A stretch of DNA of 64,000 nt from Candidatus Onthoplasma sp. (GTDB taxonomy: Bacteria > Bacillota > Clostridia > Christensenellales > UBA1242). The stretch spans positions 121,376-185,375 of the forward strand of contig JAZNKB010000008.1 in NCBI GenBank assembly GCA_045578345.1, written 5' to 3'. Made by a program: the position numbers and the translations under genes. Of the stretch, positions 9,744 to 19,610 are shown piece after piece. Within the stretch, counting starts at the first letter, position 1. Every line of letters begins with the position of its first letter. Under the pieces are notes generated by a model, which worked only from the letters and a program-made list of their open reading frames with translations, did no database searches and was not told where the DNA came from.

Positions 9744-10181
9744 TTATCCTTGATTAATTATGGTAGGATTTGCTTTTTGTATATGCAATAATTTAGAATC
9801 GGATGACATTTCAATAGTTCCCATTCTACCACGTCTAAATTCTGCCTTGTAAAATTTTTCAACACTATTAACAAAAATTTCTACAACTTTATATTTCATG
9901 TATTCTCGTTGCAATTTATCCAAAAGGAACTTCTCATCTAAACATTTTTCGCCATATCTAATAAACAATATTTGTATAATGTTTTCAAAATCCACAACTT
10001 CTTGTTCTGAAAAATCAATTCTTTGAGAAACCGGCGAAATTTCATATAAATACACAGCATCTAAAACTTCACCTTTTTCAACAACCTTATGTAAATCGTT
10101 TTTACTGTGCATTTCAATATCTTCAGTTATAATTTCCTTTCTTGTTATAGTTCCATACACATTATCTAAACTTCTAACCAT
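9744..10181 (-). CDS. Hypothetical protein
   Basis: ORF with RBS AGGAG and own TTGACA/TATAAT promoter. Confidence 0.65.
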   Translation of the reverse strand: MVRSLDNVYGTITRKEIITEDIEMHSKNDLHKVVEKGEVLDAVYLYEISPVSQRIDFSEQEVVDFENIIQILFIRYGEKCLDEKFLLDKLQREYMKYKVVEIFVNSVEKFYKAEFRRGRMGTIEMSSDSKLLHIQKANPTIINQG

Positions 10182-10265
10182 AAATTCTCCTATCAATTAT
10201 ATAATATCAACAAATTTAAAATTTGTCAATAAGAAAAAGAACTGATTTAATCAGTTCTTTTTTAA

Positions 10266-10547
10266 CTAAATTTTTGCTTCGACTGTTGCAACTTTTCTGC
10301 CACGACCATCTTTCTTGAAACGAACGATTCCGTCGATTAATGCAAACAATGTGTAATCTTTACCACATCCAACGTTTGTTGAAGGATAAATCTTTGTGCC
10401 TCTTTGACGAACGATAATTGCACCAGCGTGAACGAATTGTCCATCACCAGTTTTCACACCAAGACGTTTTGATTCACTATCTCTACCATTTTTGGTGCTA
10501 CCGCCACCTTTTTTATGGGCAAATAATTGAATATTAAACTTAATCAT
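10266..10547 (-). CDS. rpmA: 50S ribosomal protein L27 with Prp-cleaved N-terminal extension
   Basis: MIKFNIQLF|[21 protein letters not shown]. Confidence 0.98.
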   Translation of the reverse strand: MIKFNIQLFAHKKGGGSTKNGRDSESKRLGVKTGDGQFVHAGAIIVRQRGTKIYPSTNVGCGKDYTLFALIDGIVRFKKDGRGRKVATVEAKI

Positions 10548-10875
10548 TTTGCTTCTCCTTTATTTTAATGAATTTCTTGTAACCATCGGCAACACCCTTA
10601 ATTCCCAACAATGTTGATTGCATGAGAATTTGTGCATATTTACACTTTTCTGTGTCAACTTCTGCTAATGTTACTGAAAGGTGTGGAATGCTTTCATCCA
10701 CTTTCACTTCAACTTTAGCTTTAACCACTTCGGTTAAACCGTTTGCCAAAGTTTCCATGAGAGTTGAAACAGCACTGCAAACAATGTCTGATCCCTCTTC
10801 TGCGTAACCTGAATGACCTGTTGCTTCAATGGTTTTTATGGTTTGTTTTTCCTTGATAACGATAATGTTAATCAT
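10540..10875 (-). CDS. prp: Ribosomal-processing cysteine protease Prp
   Basis: GHSGY...DIVCSAVS motif; located between rplU and rpmA. Confidence 0.93.
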   Translation of the reverse strand: MINIIVIKEKQTIKTIEATGHSGYAEEGSDIVCSAVSTLMETLANGLTEVVKAKVEVKVDESIPHLSVTLAEVDTEKCKYAQILMQSTLLGIKGVADGYKKFIKIKEKQND

Positions 10876-10879
10876 AAAC

Positions 10880-11185
10880 TTAACCTATACTTTCGATTGT
10901 AATCTTGGTGTATGGTTGTCTGTGACCTTGTTTCTTACGTTCATTCTTTTTAGGTTTATACTTGTAAACTGTAATTTTCTTGTCTTGAACGTGAGCAACA
11001 ACTTTTGCCTTAACAACTACATCTTTAATCACAGGTGTGCCAGCTTTAACTTTGCTTCCATCAACAGTAAGCATAACTGGGAAAGACACTTCGTCCCCAA
11101 CTTCTGCATTTAATCTGTCAACCACAATAGTGTTGCCAACTTCAACTTTAAATTGTTTTCCTGAAATTTCTGCGATTGCGTACAT
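10880..11185 (-). CDS. rplU: 50S ribosomal protein L21
   Basis: MYAIAEISGKQFKV...KKQGHRQPYT. Confidence 0.98.
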   Translation of the reverse strand: MYAIAEISGKQFKVEVGNTIVVDRLNAEVGDEVSFPVMLTVDGSKVKAGTPVIKDVVVKAKVVAHVQDKKITVYKYKPKKNERKKQGHRQPYTKITIESIG

Positions 11186-11189
11186 TAGT

Positions 11190-11262
11190 TACCTCCTATA
11201 AAGACTCACTCTTAAGGTAATCTTACGATTTTTGAAACCTTTTCAACGTGGTACTACGTTTG
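11190..11262 (-). promoter_or_regulatory. Probable L21 leader RNA
   Basis: GC-richer structured leader between the TTGACA/TATAAT promoter and the rplU RBS; position expected for the L21 leader. Confidence 0.5.
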
Positions 11263-11409
11263 GTATTATAACAAAAACAAAACCTTTTGTCAACGGGTTA
11301 ATTGAATTTTATTTTTGATTTTTATGTTTTATTAAAGTATCGCCACATCTATTCTTTAGCACAAAAAAAACGATAGATGATATCGTTTTTGCTTTTTGTT
11401 ATTTTTATT

Positions 11410-11841
11410 TTAAAAATTATCTTGTTTAATGCTAGAATTTTGCTCTATTTTTTCACAATTTATTGAATCAATAACTTTTACTAATGAAATTCCAAAGATT
11501 TTATAGAACATTGAATCAAACTTACCAAAATTTGAATATAAATTTCTGCAAGATTTAAGATTTCTCTTCAAGTTTAACCTCTTAAACAGACTTAAACTTT
11601 TAAAATAGTCTGATTTAGTTAAGTCTTCAACTCTTTTCAATTTTCTTTCTGCAATATCATGAATTTCATAATATTTCTTTGTGAAATTTCTTAATTCTAA
11701 ATCTTCAATATTCAAATCTTCATATGAAACAACCAAATTAAATAAGTGATTTTTAGCTTCATTGAAAATGTTTGTGTCCACCTTATCTTTAAAACTTAAA
11801 TCAAAATAATATAAAATATATTCTTTTTTCATATGCATCAT
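11410..11841 (-). CDS. Hypothetical protein
   Basis: 143-aa ORF with own TTGACA..TATAAT promoter and terminator. Confidence 0.6.
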   Translation of the reverse strand: MMHMKKEYILYYFDLSFKDKVDTNIFNEAKNHLFNLVVSYEDLNIEDLELRNFTKKYYEIHDIAERKLKRVEDLTKSDYFKSLSLFKRLNLKRNLKSCRNLYSNFGKFDSMFYKIFGISLVKVIDSINCEKIEQNSSIKQDNF

Positions 11842-11885
11842 CCTTTTTTGTGATTATACCAAACTTTCATAATTTGTCAATAGAA

Positions 11886-12677
11886 TTAACGTATTTCATT
11901 AATCATTGTTGTTAATGAATGTTTTAGTGATAATTCAATGATGTTGTCCTCATCAAAATATTTGTTAAGTTTTGGTGCATAGAAAATCGTATAATGATAT
12001 GTTTTTATTTGTTTTATTAGATTAAAAAGAGTTTCAGTTTCATTAACTTTCAAAATCACAACTTTATCAAACTGTTTATTTTGATTAAACTTAAATATCG
12101 ACATCGTTGGCGCATGTTTTCCTTTACTAGTTAAAAAGAAAATTGCAATAATTAGAAGCAAAAAGTTAACATCTCCAAAGCAAGACAACACAAATGCACA
12201 TAGGAACAAACCTGCAAGTGAATATCTTATAACACAATCTAAAATCTTATAAGTTTTATTGCTTTTTATCATTCCGCGAAAAATCTTTCCACCGTCAAGC
12301 GGATATACAGGAAGAAGATTAAAAATTGCCAAAATTAAATTTGCAAAACAAAACGTGTTTAAATAATGAAAACTAATTGGAACTAACCAATAAAGTGCCA
12401 TGCAAACAATACTTAACATCAAATTAAAAACTGGGCCAGCGACATTGATTTTAAAAGAGTCTTTGTCGTCAATTGTTTCATTTAGTTCAACTGACAAACC
12501 AAACATATCTAATTTGATAAATTTCAACGAATAACCTGATTTCACCGCCACCCACAGGTGTGCCAATTCGTGCAATGTTAGAGCTAACATATAGTTAACA
12601 ATCAAACCCATGTTTTTTGTCAACAACCCGAATAATATAAGTAAAATTAAACTTGTCCCAACCTTAAATTTTTTCAT
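11886..12677 (-). CDS. spoIVFB: SpoIVFB-like M50 intramembrane metalloprotease
   Basis: HELAH, AGP, NLLPVYPLDGG; sigmaE-like promoter (TCATATA..CATATATT); synteny between minE and rplU. Confidence 0.8.
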   Translation of the reverse strand: MKKFKVGTSLILLILFGLLTKNMGLIVNYMLALTLHELAHLWVAVKSGYSLKFIKLDMFGLSVELNETIDDKDSFKINVAGPVFNLMLSIVCMALYWLVPISFHYLNTFCFANLILAIFNLLPVYPLDGGKIFRGMIKSNKTYKILDCVIRYSLAGLFLCAFVLSCFGDVNFLLLIIAIFFLTSKGKHAPTMSIFKFNQNKQFDKVVILKVNETETLFNLIKQIKTYHYTIFYAPKLNKYFDEDNIIELSLKHSLTTMINEIR

Positions 12678-12719
12678 GCTTTAATATATGAGATTTTTAT
12701 GAGTTATATGAAAATAAAA

Positions 12720-12922
12720 TGTCATTTTGAGTGAAGCATAGCGAAATCGAAGAATCCCCTAAGCGAAGTGATAAATATGTCATGTTGAACGCAATAAAGT
12801 GAGCATAAACGCTTCACTTTGTCATATATGATCCCCCTAAACGTAGTCACGTGTTCTAATTATGGGATACACTCGACTCCGTCACACTCCGCTCGGTATG
12901 ACATATGCCACTTAGGATGACA
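12720..12922. repeat. REP-like GTCAT...ATGAC palindromic element (nested/degenerate)
   Basis: TGTCATTTTGAGTGAAG..CGAAGAATCCC ... GGGAT..TCGACT..CGCTCGGTATGACA; related copies at 13979, 42570 and 53125. Confidence 0.7.
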
Positions 12923-12945
12923 TGTGGAGCTAGGAACAATAAAGA

Positions 12946-13173
12946 TTAATTTGGTAACATCTGCATGATTTTCATTCTATCACCTTTGCAAGTGATTACA
13001 ATTTCATATTTATCTTTAACAACATCAACTTCAATGTTGATATCATCAAAATCCACCTCAAAATAGTTGTTAATTAGATAGTAGAAATCTGATTTTATAA
13101 CATCAATTAGATATTTCGGGTTGTTAACTTTATCTTTTTGTATAACTTGGTTAAGACGTTTTTTTAAATCCAT
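12946..13173 (-). CDS. minE: Cell division topological specificity factor MinE
   Basis: KKRLNQVIQKDK, IKSD...YFEVD; overlaps the minD stop. Confidence 0.8.
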   Translation of the reverse strand: MDLKKRLNQVIQKDKVNNPKYLIDVIKSDFYYLINNYFEVDFDDINIEVDVVKDKYEIVITCKGDRMKIMQMLPN

Positions 13174-13964
13174 TAAACACTCCTTTTTAAGAGTTTCTTG
13201 ATTGACCCAAACAACCCCTTATATTTATATGTACAATCAAACATCTTCCTTTCATTGTGAATTATATTATTCGCCAAAATATCAAACGCGCGATTGCAAG
13301 CAATTTTATAATTTTGTATGTCGCTACTTGTGTTTACAATTATCTTATCATCTTCTGGAATCACACCACCAAAATCAATATTGAGAGTTTTTCCAATATC
13401 GTAAACATCTATCATAACTTTATCTTGAATTAAATCTCCACGCGCACGATTAACAACAAATCTCTTGTTCATAATGTTGTAACTGGTAAGAATAGTAACA
13501 ACTTTATCTGCATCTCGAACACTACTTAAATGTGGGGTGGTGATTACAATTGCTTCGTCCGCACAACTTACCGCACGTTTAAACCCTGCATCAATCCCTG
13601 CAGGACAATCAATGAGAACAAAGTCAAAAAGATTGCTTAGTTCATTAACAACTTGTTTGATTTGACTAAGCCCAATTGACAAGTTTTGATTAAGTCCACC
13701 ACTGGACAATATGTAAAGAAGCGGAAAATGATCGTCTTGAATTAAAGCTTCTTTGAGTCTGCATTTATGTTCAATAACGTCAATCATAGTGTACATTACT
13801 CTATCTTCCATGTTCATTACAACATCAAGATTGTTAAGCCCAATATCCATGTCTATCATGCAAACTCTATAATTTTTATTTGCCAAATGCATTCCAAGAT
13901 TGGCGGTTACGGTTGTTTTACCAACTCCCCCCTTGCCTGACGTTAATACAATAACTCTTGACAT
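13173..13964 (-). CDS. minD: Septum site-determining ATPase MinD
   Basis: SGKGGVGKTT, DMDIGLNNLD, IDCPAG, VRDAD, C-terminal amphipathic helix. Confidence 0.95.
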   Translation of the reverse strand: MSRVIVLTSGKGGVGKTTVTANLGMHLANKNYRVCMIDMDIGLNNLDVVMNMEDRVMYTMIDVIEHKCRLKEALIQDDHFPLLYILSSGGLNQNLSIGLSQIKQVVNELSNLFDFVLIDCPAGIDAGFKRAVSCADEAIVITTPHLSSVRDADKVVTILTSYNIMNKRFVVNRARGDLIQDKVMIDVYDIGKTLNIDFGGVIPEDDKIIVNTSSDIQNYKIACNRAFDILANNIIHNERKMFDCTYKYKGLFGSIKKLLKRSV

Positions 13965-13978
13965 ATTGCCTCCACCAT

Positions 13979-14077
13979 TGTCATCCTAAGCGAAACAAAC
14001 TATAGCCGAAGAAACCATAAACTGTGTGACATATTCTGATTAACAGATGTTTCGGCTTCGTTATGCTCAATATGACA
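13979..14077. repeat. REP-like GTCAT...ATGAC element
   Basis: TGTCATCCTAAGCGAA..GCCGAAG ... TTCGGCTTCG..GCTCAATATGACA. Confidence 0.65.
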
Positions 14078-14203
14078 TATAATAAACACTCATATCATAT
14101 CAAACCAAACAAAAAAAAGCGAAGACTTTATCCGTTAATTTCCATCTTCGCCAATATAAGACATTTTTTATTATGAAAGCGAAGAAATTATCTTCGCCTA
14201 TTT

Positions 14204-15199
14204 TTATAAATTGATTTTTAAAAATTCGCCATTTGAGTTTAAAAGTTTTCCCGCTCCTAAAATCACAGCATCTTGAGGATCATCAGGAACAATAATTGGA
14301 AGGTCAAGTTTTTGACGAGCATATTCATATAGCCCTGCAATTTTGCTTGCTCCACCAACAAACATAATTCCGTTGTTATAAATATCCGCAACAATATCTT
14401 TTGGTAATTCATGCAAAACATTGTTAATCAACTCAAAGATTTTGTCATATAGGTTCACTATCGCAACTTTAACTTCGCTTGCAGTTATGTCACGACGAAC
14501 AAATTTATTATTTTCATCAATACCAATATATTCGGTTTTATATAAATCTCTATCATACAATGAAGCAATTTCGTTTTTAATTGCTTCACTTGTCATATTG
14601 CTTACTTCAACGTTGTAGTTATCTTGAATGAATGACGTTAAACTTTCATCCATGTTTTCACCGCCAATGAAATACATTCTTCCAAAATCGAAATTGTAAT
14701 CGTTCATAACTGAAATATCGGTGATATATTTCCCAATGTCAACAACCATTACTCTTGAATGTGTGTCTATATCCAAATTACTTCTGGCGCAAACACCATT
14801 TTGAACAAAAGTGATTTTGTTAACTCCTGCAACATGAAGAGTTTTCTTAATTTTATCAAGTTGGCTTTCGTTTAATGCACACGGAACTGCCACCAATAAG
14901 TTTATATGCGTCAACAAAAACTTGTCTGGAATAACATTTTTTATCACTTCTTCAATCAAAATTGATGCCATTTTATCATTCACAATTTCACTGTTAATGA
15001 TTGGTTGATAAACTGTTACATTACTTGACTTGCTGTGAAATAATTTTTCTGCTTCTTTACCTGTTGCTTTAACTTTTATTTTGCTTCCATTTTCTTGAAC
15101 GGCAAGATAGGCAGGAACTTTTTCCACAATTCCGAAACCCTTTCTAAAAACAATGATTTCATTACTTCCAAATTTAATGGCAAGTTCAACATTAAACAT
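14204..15199 (-). CDS. mreB: MreB/Mbl-like actin homologue, divergent
   Basis: Actin-fold layout (VAVPC, VVDIG, EAIKNEIAS, GIMFVGGAS, VILGAG); phosphate-1 motif degenerate. Confidence 0.8.
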   Translation of the reverse strand: MFNVELAIKFGSNEIIVFRKGFGIVEKVPAYLAVQENGSKIKVKATGKEAEKLFHSKSSNVTVYQPIINSEIVNDKMASILIEEVIKNVIPDKFLLTHINLLVAVPCALNESQLDKIKKTLHVAGVNKITFVQNGVCARSNLDIDTHSRVMVVDIGKYITDISVMNDYNFDFGRMYFIGGENMDESLTSFIQDNYNVEVSNMTSEAIKNEIASLYDRDLYKTEYIGIDENNKFVRRDITASEVKVAIVNLYDKIFELINNVLHELPKDIVADIYNNGIMFVGGASKIAGLYEYARQKLDLPIIVPDDPQDAVILGAGKLLNSNGEFLKINL

Positions 15200-15234
15200 A
15201 ATTTCCCCCTTAAATTAGTTTTTATTGTTTAAAA

Positions 15235-16740
15235 TTATAAAATTTGTAAGTTCTTTCCATAAACCTTTTTAAAGTCACCAGCGATTGACATTGCTTGACT
15301 GATTTCAAGAGTTGCATCTCTTTCAACTTCTGTTTTTAAGATTACAGTATCTCCCAAAACATCGCAAGCAACATCTTTAATTGAGTTGGAATTTGTGATA
15401 TTCATCATGCTTGCCATTTTAATGATTATTGCAAGTTTTTTAACTGCATCCATATCTTCATCTGTTACAATGTCTTTATATCTAACCCATTCGTTTAAAC
15501 TGAAGTCATCAACATTTTGACTACTAGCAACAAATGCTGCTAAGATTATATCTTTATGGCTTGCACCATATATGTTGCTGTTGAGAATCACAGGGAAACT
15601 ATTTCTTTGATAGTTTTCAAAAGAAATGATTTTTCCGCTGTTACACATACTTGCAGCAATTCTAAGCACTTTCACATATGGACGAGTGAGTTTATGAAGA
15701 ACTTTGAGTTGTTTATATAAAATTACCGCCAATGAATAGTTGTTATCTACATTTGTGTTTGTTTGAGTGAATTCGTTGATTGCACTTAATGAGTAACCCA
15801 AAATGTCAAGCAAAGGTTTTTCACCTGTTTGCCCAAGCAAATTTTTGGCAACAATTCCATACATTTCACCATTTGTTGAAATTTTCATGCAAGTTCTCAC
15901 AAATTCGTTATATGCAACTTTAACAACAGCCAAACCAACAGCAATTATATCTGCACGTTTGTCTGAAATACCTTTGAGTTTCTTTGCTTTATCTAAATCA
16001 AGACCACGAATGAGATTATAAACATTTTGGAAACTTTCAGTTGTTACTTCATAGTTGTGTGCGCTATCAAGCGGATAACGAGAAGATTTTCTTGAAAGTT
16101 TACCAATTGCCTCAAACACTTCTCCAACACCAATGAAATCACTTTCTTCATCAAGGTTGTATAACCAATCACACTTTTTGAATTCAGCTGTCATAATTTC
16201 AACAACTTTGTCCATTCTTTCCGCCATTGATTTTTCTTTAACTTGCTCTAAAAGTGTTACTGTTCCAACTGGAATTGAAACACTGTTTGTTACAACTCTA
16301 CGATTAAATCTTACAAGTTCAGTTGAATGATCCCCAACTTGAACAATCACACCACGAGTCATTGAGAATGAATACATGATTGCATTGTGAAGTGCTGAAA
16401 TTTGTTCTTCAGCAGTTAACACTTTAAAATATAGAGAAACAGTTTTATAAACTTCATCCAAGAATGCAATTTGGTTTCTTGCATTTGCAATCACTGGAGC
16501 GGCATAGCAAATGTAGTTATCAATTTTTGCGCCGTCAACAATACGCCTGAAACTTTTTAAAACGTTAATTGTTTCTTGAATTCTGATTGGTTTGATGTAA
16601 CCATCTCTTTCCATATCCTGAGTGAGTTTCACTGGTTCAATAATTTGAGATTCCGCAGCAAAGAATCCATTTGGTGAATACTTATAGATTGTTAACTTAA
16701 TATCGTTAACTCCCAATTCATAAACTGCTAATTTATTCAT
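15235..16740 (-). CDS. Ppx/GppA-family protein with C-terminal HD-like domain, catalytic motifs degenerate
   Basis: Overall Ppx layout (STELV, SIPVG, GISDKRADIIAVG); ELGVN, EEQI, QVGDHSTE and MCNSG replace the canonical motifs. Confidence 0.85.
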   Translation of the reverse strand: MNKLAVYELGVNDIKLTIYKYSPNGFFAAESQIIEPVKLTQDMERDGYIKPIRIQETINVLKSFRRIVDGAKIDNYICYAAPVIANARNQIAFLDEVYKTVSLYFKVLTAEEQISALHNAIMYSFSMTRGVIVQVGDHSTELVRFNRRVVTNSVSIPVGTVTLLEQVKEKSMAERMDKVVEIMTAEFKKCDWLYNLDEESDFIGVGEVFEAIGKLSRKSSRYPLDSAHNYEVTTESFQNVYNLIRGLDLDKAKKLKGISDKRADIIAVGLAVVKVAYNEFVRTCMKISTNGEMYGIVAKNLLGQTGEKPLLDILGYSLSAINEFTQTNTNVDNNYSLAVILYKQLKVLHKLTRPYVKVLRIAASMCNSGKIISFENYQRNSFPVILNSNIYGASHKDIILAAFVASSQNVDDFSLNEWVRYKDIVTDEDMDAVKKLAIIIKMASMMNITNSNSIKDVACDVLGDTVILKTEVERDATLEISQAMSIAGDFKKVYGKNLQIL

Positions 16741-17190
16741 TTCTTTCTCCTTACCATTTTGTTGTTTTTACGCTTACTTTGAAATAAGCATTTTAGAAGA
16801 CTTATATCTTCTTTTATATTCCTTATATAATAAGTTGTCCGTAAATGCTTTTTTGTTAGTATTCTTTTAGCACCTTTTTCGAATATAGTCAATACCTTTT
16901 TGAAAAATTTTTTAAACTTTTTTTGGTTTGGTAAAAACATCTCATCTAAGTTTGTTTCAATCATATTACCATAAAATTTTAAAAAGTTTATTATATTTTT
17001 AAAAAATTATTAAAAAACCCTTAAAAATGATAAAATTTCAATAAAAAACTATTGTTTTTTGCTATAAAATAGATTTTTATTAAGTTTTTTTAAAATTATT
17101 TTTTGTTAATATATTAATAATTAAAAAATTGTTTTTTATTGATACACAAAAAAAGAAAATGACCTTTTCAATCATTTTCTGATTACTTTT

Positions 17191-17889
17191 TTAATTAATT
17201 TTCTTTTCAATCACATCTTCAAAAAGTTTGAATGCTGGATTGTTGTAATCTGGCGCAACAGTGAAACGCATATTTTCTTTTGTTGTTGGATGAGTAAATG
17301 TTAATTCGTATGCCCAAAGAGCAAGGCTTCCACCGTGTTCTTTATCTCCATACTTAAAGTCTCCAAAAATTGGACAATTAAGTTGAGATGACATTTGAAC
17401 ACGAATTTGATGACTTCTTCCTGTGATTAAATTTACATCAATTAAAGAATACTTACTCTTAGAATCAACAACCTCATACTCTAAAATCGCTTCTTTGCTA
17501 CCTTCCTCAAGTTTTGGTGCAATTTTAACTGTGTTTGTTTTTTCATCTTTTTTAAGATACGTTACAAGCCTGTTGGTTCTCAACTGCGGACAACCATTTA
17601 CAACACAAAGGTAATGTTTCTTAAGATGTTTATCTTTGAGTTCTTTACTAAGTCTACTTGCAGCCTTGCTTGTTTTTGCAAACACCATAACTCCGCCAGT
17701 TGGGCGGTCAAGACGATGCACCAAACCTAGGAAAACATTTCCTGGCTTATTGTCTCTTTGCTTTAAAAATTCTTTAATGATAGTTAGCATATCCGGATCT
17801 TTACTTTCATCTTCTTGCACAGAAATATTATGTGGTTTGATTACCACAATAACATGATTGTCTTCGTATATTATATTTGGTTCTAGCAT
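17191..17889 (-). CDS. RluA-family pseudouridine synthase
   Basis: VHRLDRPTGG, TGRSHQIRVQ, GDFKYG. Confidence 0.95.
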   Translation of the reverse strand: MLEPNIIYEDNHVIVVIKPHNISVQEDESKDPDMLTIIKEFLKQRDNKPGNVFLGLVHRLDRPTGGVMVFAKTSKAASRLSKELKDKHLKKHYLCVVNGCPQLRTNRLVTYLKKDEKTNTVKIAPKLEEGSKEAILEYEVVDSKSKYSLIDVNLITGRSHQIRVQMSSQLNCPIFGDFKYGDKEHGGSLALWAYELTFTHPTTKENMRFTVAPDYNNPAFKLFEDVIEKKIN

Positions 17890-18746
17890 ATATTTTTTCC
17901 TTTATTAAAAACTTTGATTGCACTGCATCCACATGGAAGAACAATTCCTTCTTCTTCGGTTTTTAGACCCACTTCATAAGCCTCAGTTTTCCCTCCGCTG
18001 ATTGTTGCATTTAAAATGTTTGCCATCACAGTTGGTTGCAAACCTGTTGTGTATGAGTTTATAAGAACAAACAATGGATTTTCACTTAAAACACGTCCAC
18101 ACAAACGAACAAACTCAAAAATATTTTCTTCAATTTTCCAAGTTTCACCTTTTGGTCCTCTTCCAAATGATGGTGGATCCATAATTATTGCATCATAAGT
18201 GTTGCCTCTTCTAATTTCACGTTCAACAAATTTTTGACAATCATCAAGAATATATCTGATGGTATCAATGTTGTTTAAGCCAGCATTTATTTTGGCAATG
18301 TCAATCATGCTCTTTGCTGCATCAACGTGAGTAACCTTTGCACCTGCCTTAGCACACGCAACGCTTGCTCCACCTGTGTATGCAAACAAATTGAGAACTT
18401 TAATTTCGCGTTTTGCCGATTTTATCAAATCAGTCATAATATCCCAATTGACCGCTTGTTCAGGAAACAAACAAATATGTTTAAAACTCATTGGTTCAAT
18501 GTGAAATTTTAAGTTTTTGCGTTTGATCACGAAACTCTTTGGCATTTTAGGATTAAGTTTCCATTCACCAGATTTGTTTTCTGTCCTTTTATAACACGCA
18601 TCAACTTTTGTTGACAATTTCTTATCTGTGTTCCAAATCACTTGCGGATCGGGACGCAAAAAAGTGTATCCACCAATACGTTCCATTTTTTCTCCGTTTG
18701 CGGTGGATAACACAATATAGTCTTTCCAGTCTGTTGCTATTTTCAT
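17883..18746 (-). CDS. Class I SAM-dependent (RlmI/YccW-like) methyltransferase
   Basis: VLNLFAYTGG, VDAAK, MDPPSFGRG. Confidence 0.92.
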   Translation of the reverse strand: MKIATDWKDYIVLSTANGEKMERIGGYTFLRPDPQVIWNTDKKLSTKVDACYKRTENKSGEWKLNPKMPKSFVIKRKNLKFHIEPMSFKHICLFPEQAVNWDIMTDLIKSAKREIKVLNLFAYTGGASVACAKAGAKVTHVDAAKSMIDIAKINAGLNNIDTIRYILDDCQKFVEREIRRGNTYDAIIMDPPSFGRGPKGETWKIEENIFEFVRLCGRVLSENPLFVLINSYTTGLQPTVMANILNATISGGKTEAYEVGLKTEEEGIVLPCGCSAIKVFNKGKNIC

Positions 18747-19465
18747 TAGTAAACGTCCAATATCCTTTTCATGTCTATTATATCAGCATTTGAAATAATT
18801 TTCAATGGCTTTCCAGTATCTTTTCCGTCTTTTGTTATTAAAATTATTAACAATTTTCGGTTGTTTTCGAAAAAATTCATTGCACTGTCAATCGTAAGCT
18901 TTTGATCTGCCAACATAAAATAGTAATCTTCTCCCATGCTTGGCAACACTTCCTCAACTGTTGTTTCTCTTGCAAAAGTTTCAAGATTAACACCCAAACC
19001 TACCTTTTCACCAAGAACTCCAATCAACTTCCTACCATTTAATATTCCGATCAATTTATCACCATCATATGTTGGAAGATTTGAATATCCTGTTCTATAT
19101 ATAAGTTCCATAGCTTGAGCAAGTTTCATATCGTGATTTATTGTTATAACTTCTTTATTTCCAACCATATCAACAGCAAGTGGTGGTTCGGTGATTAAAT
19201 CTGCCAAACGTTCAATGTTTTCAACAATATCATCGTGCGGTTCTGCAATAATAAACTTATGATTACCTTGGTGCACAATTGCATTACGTAATCTTCCATA
19301 GTCAATCAAATCATCTTCGTATTTTCTCACAACAGAATTTAAAACAACACTACGACGAACAACGTCGCTAAATGACATACTGCGCTTAAATCCATAGATT
19401 GTACGCAAACCGTAATCTATATTGTTGTAAGCTGTTAAGAATCTTTCAGCATTTGATTTTTTCAT
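18746..19465 (-). CDS. HEPN-like N-terminal domain plus CBS-pair protein
   Basis: RLRNAIVH (R-x4-H) followed by two CBS repeats (YSNLPTYDG..GIL; ILITKDG..IIS). Confidence 0.8.
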   Translation of the reverse strand: MKKSNAERFLTAYNNIDYGLRTIYGFKRSMSFSDVVRRSVVLNSVVRKYEDDLIDYGRLRNAIVHQGNHKFIIAEPHDDIVENIERLADLITEPPLAVDMVGNKEVITINHDMKLAQAMELIYRTGYSNLPTYDGDKLIGILNGRKLIGVLGEKVGLGVNLETFARETTVEEVLPSMGEDYYFMLADQKLTIDSAMNFFENNRKLLIILITKDGKDTGKPLKIISNADIIDMKRILDVY

Positions 19466-19610
19466 TGTAAAACTCCCCTTTTATACTTTCATCTTTGTTT
19501 TTTATTATATCATATGAAAAAAAATTTGCAAATGGTTTTTAACAAACTAGGCAATCTTTATTTTGTAAAACACTATTGAAAATGTTGATTTTGTGTGATA
19601 TACTTAAAAC

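Noticed and set aside
10266-11185. L27 extension plus Prp as a novel system
   Set aside because: Well described in Bacillota
16737-16964. 75-aa K/F-rich ORF upstream of the ppx-like gene
   Set aside because: Low-complexity AT-rich promoter region with no RBS
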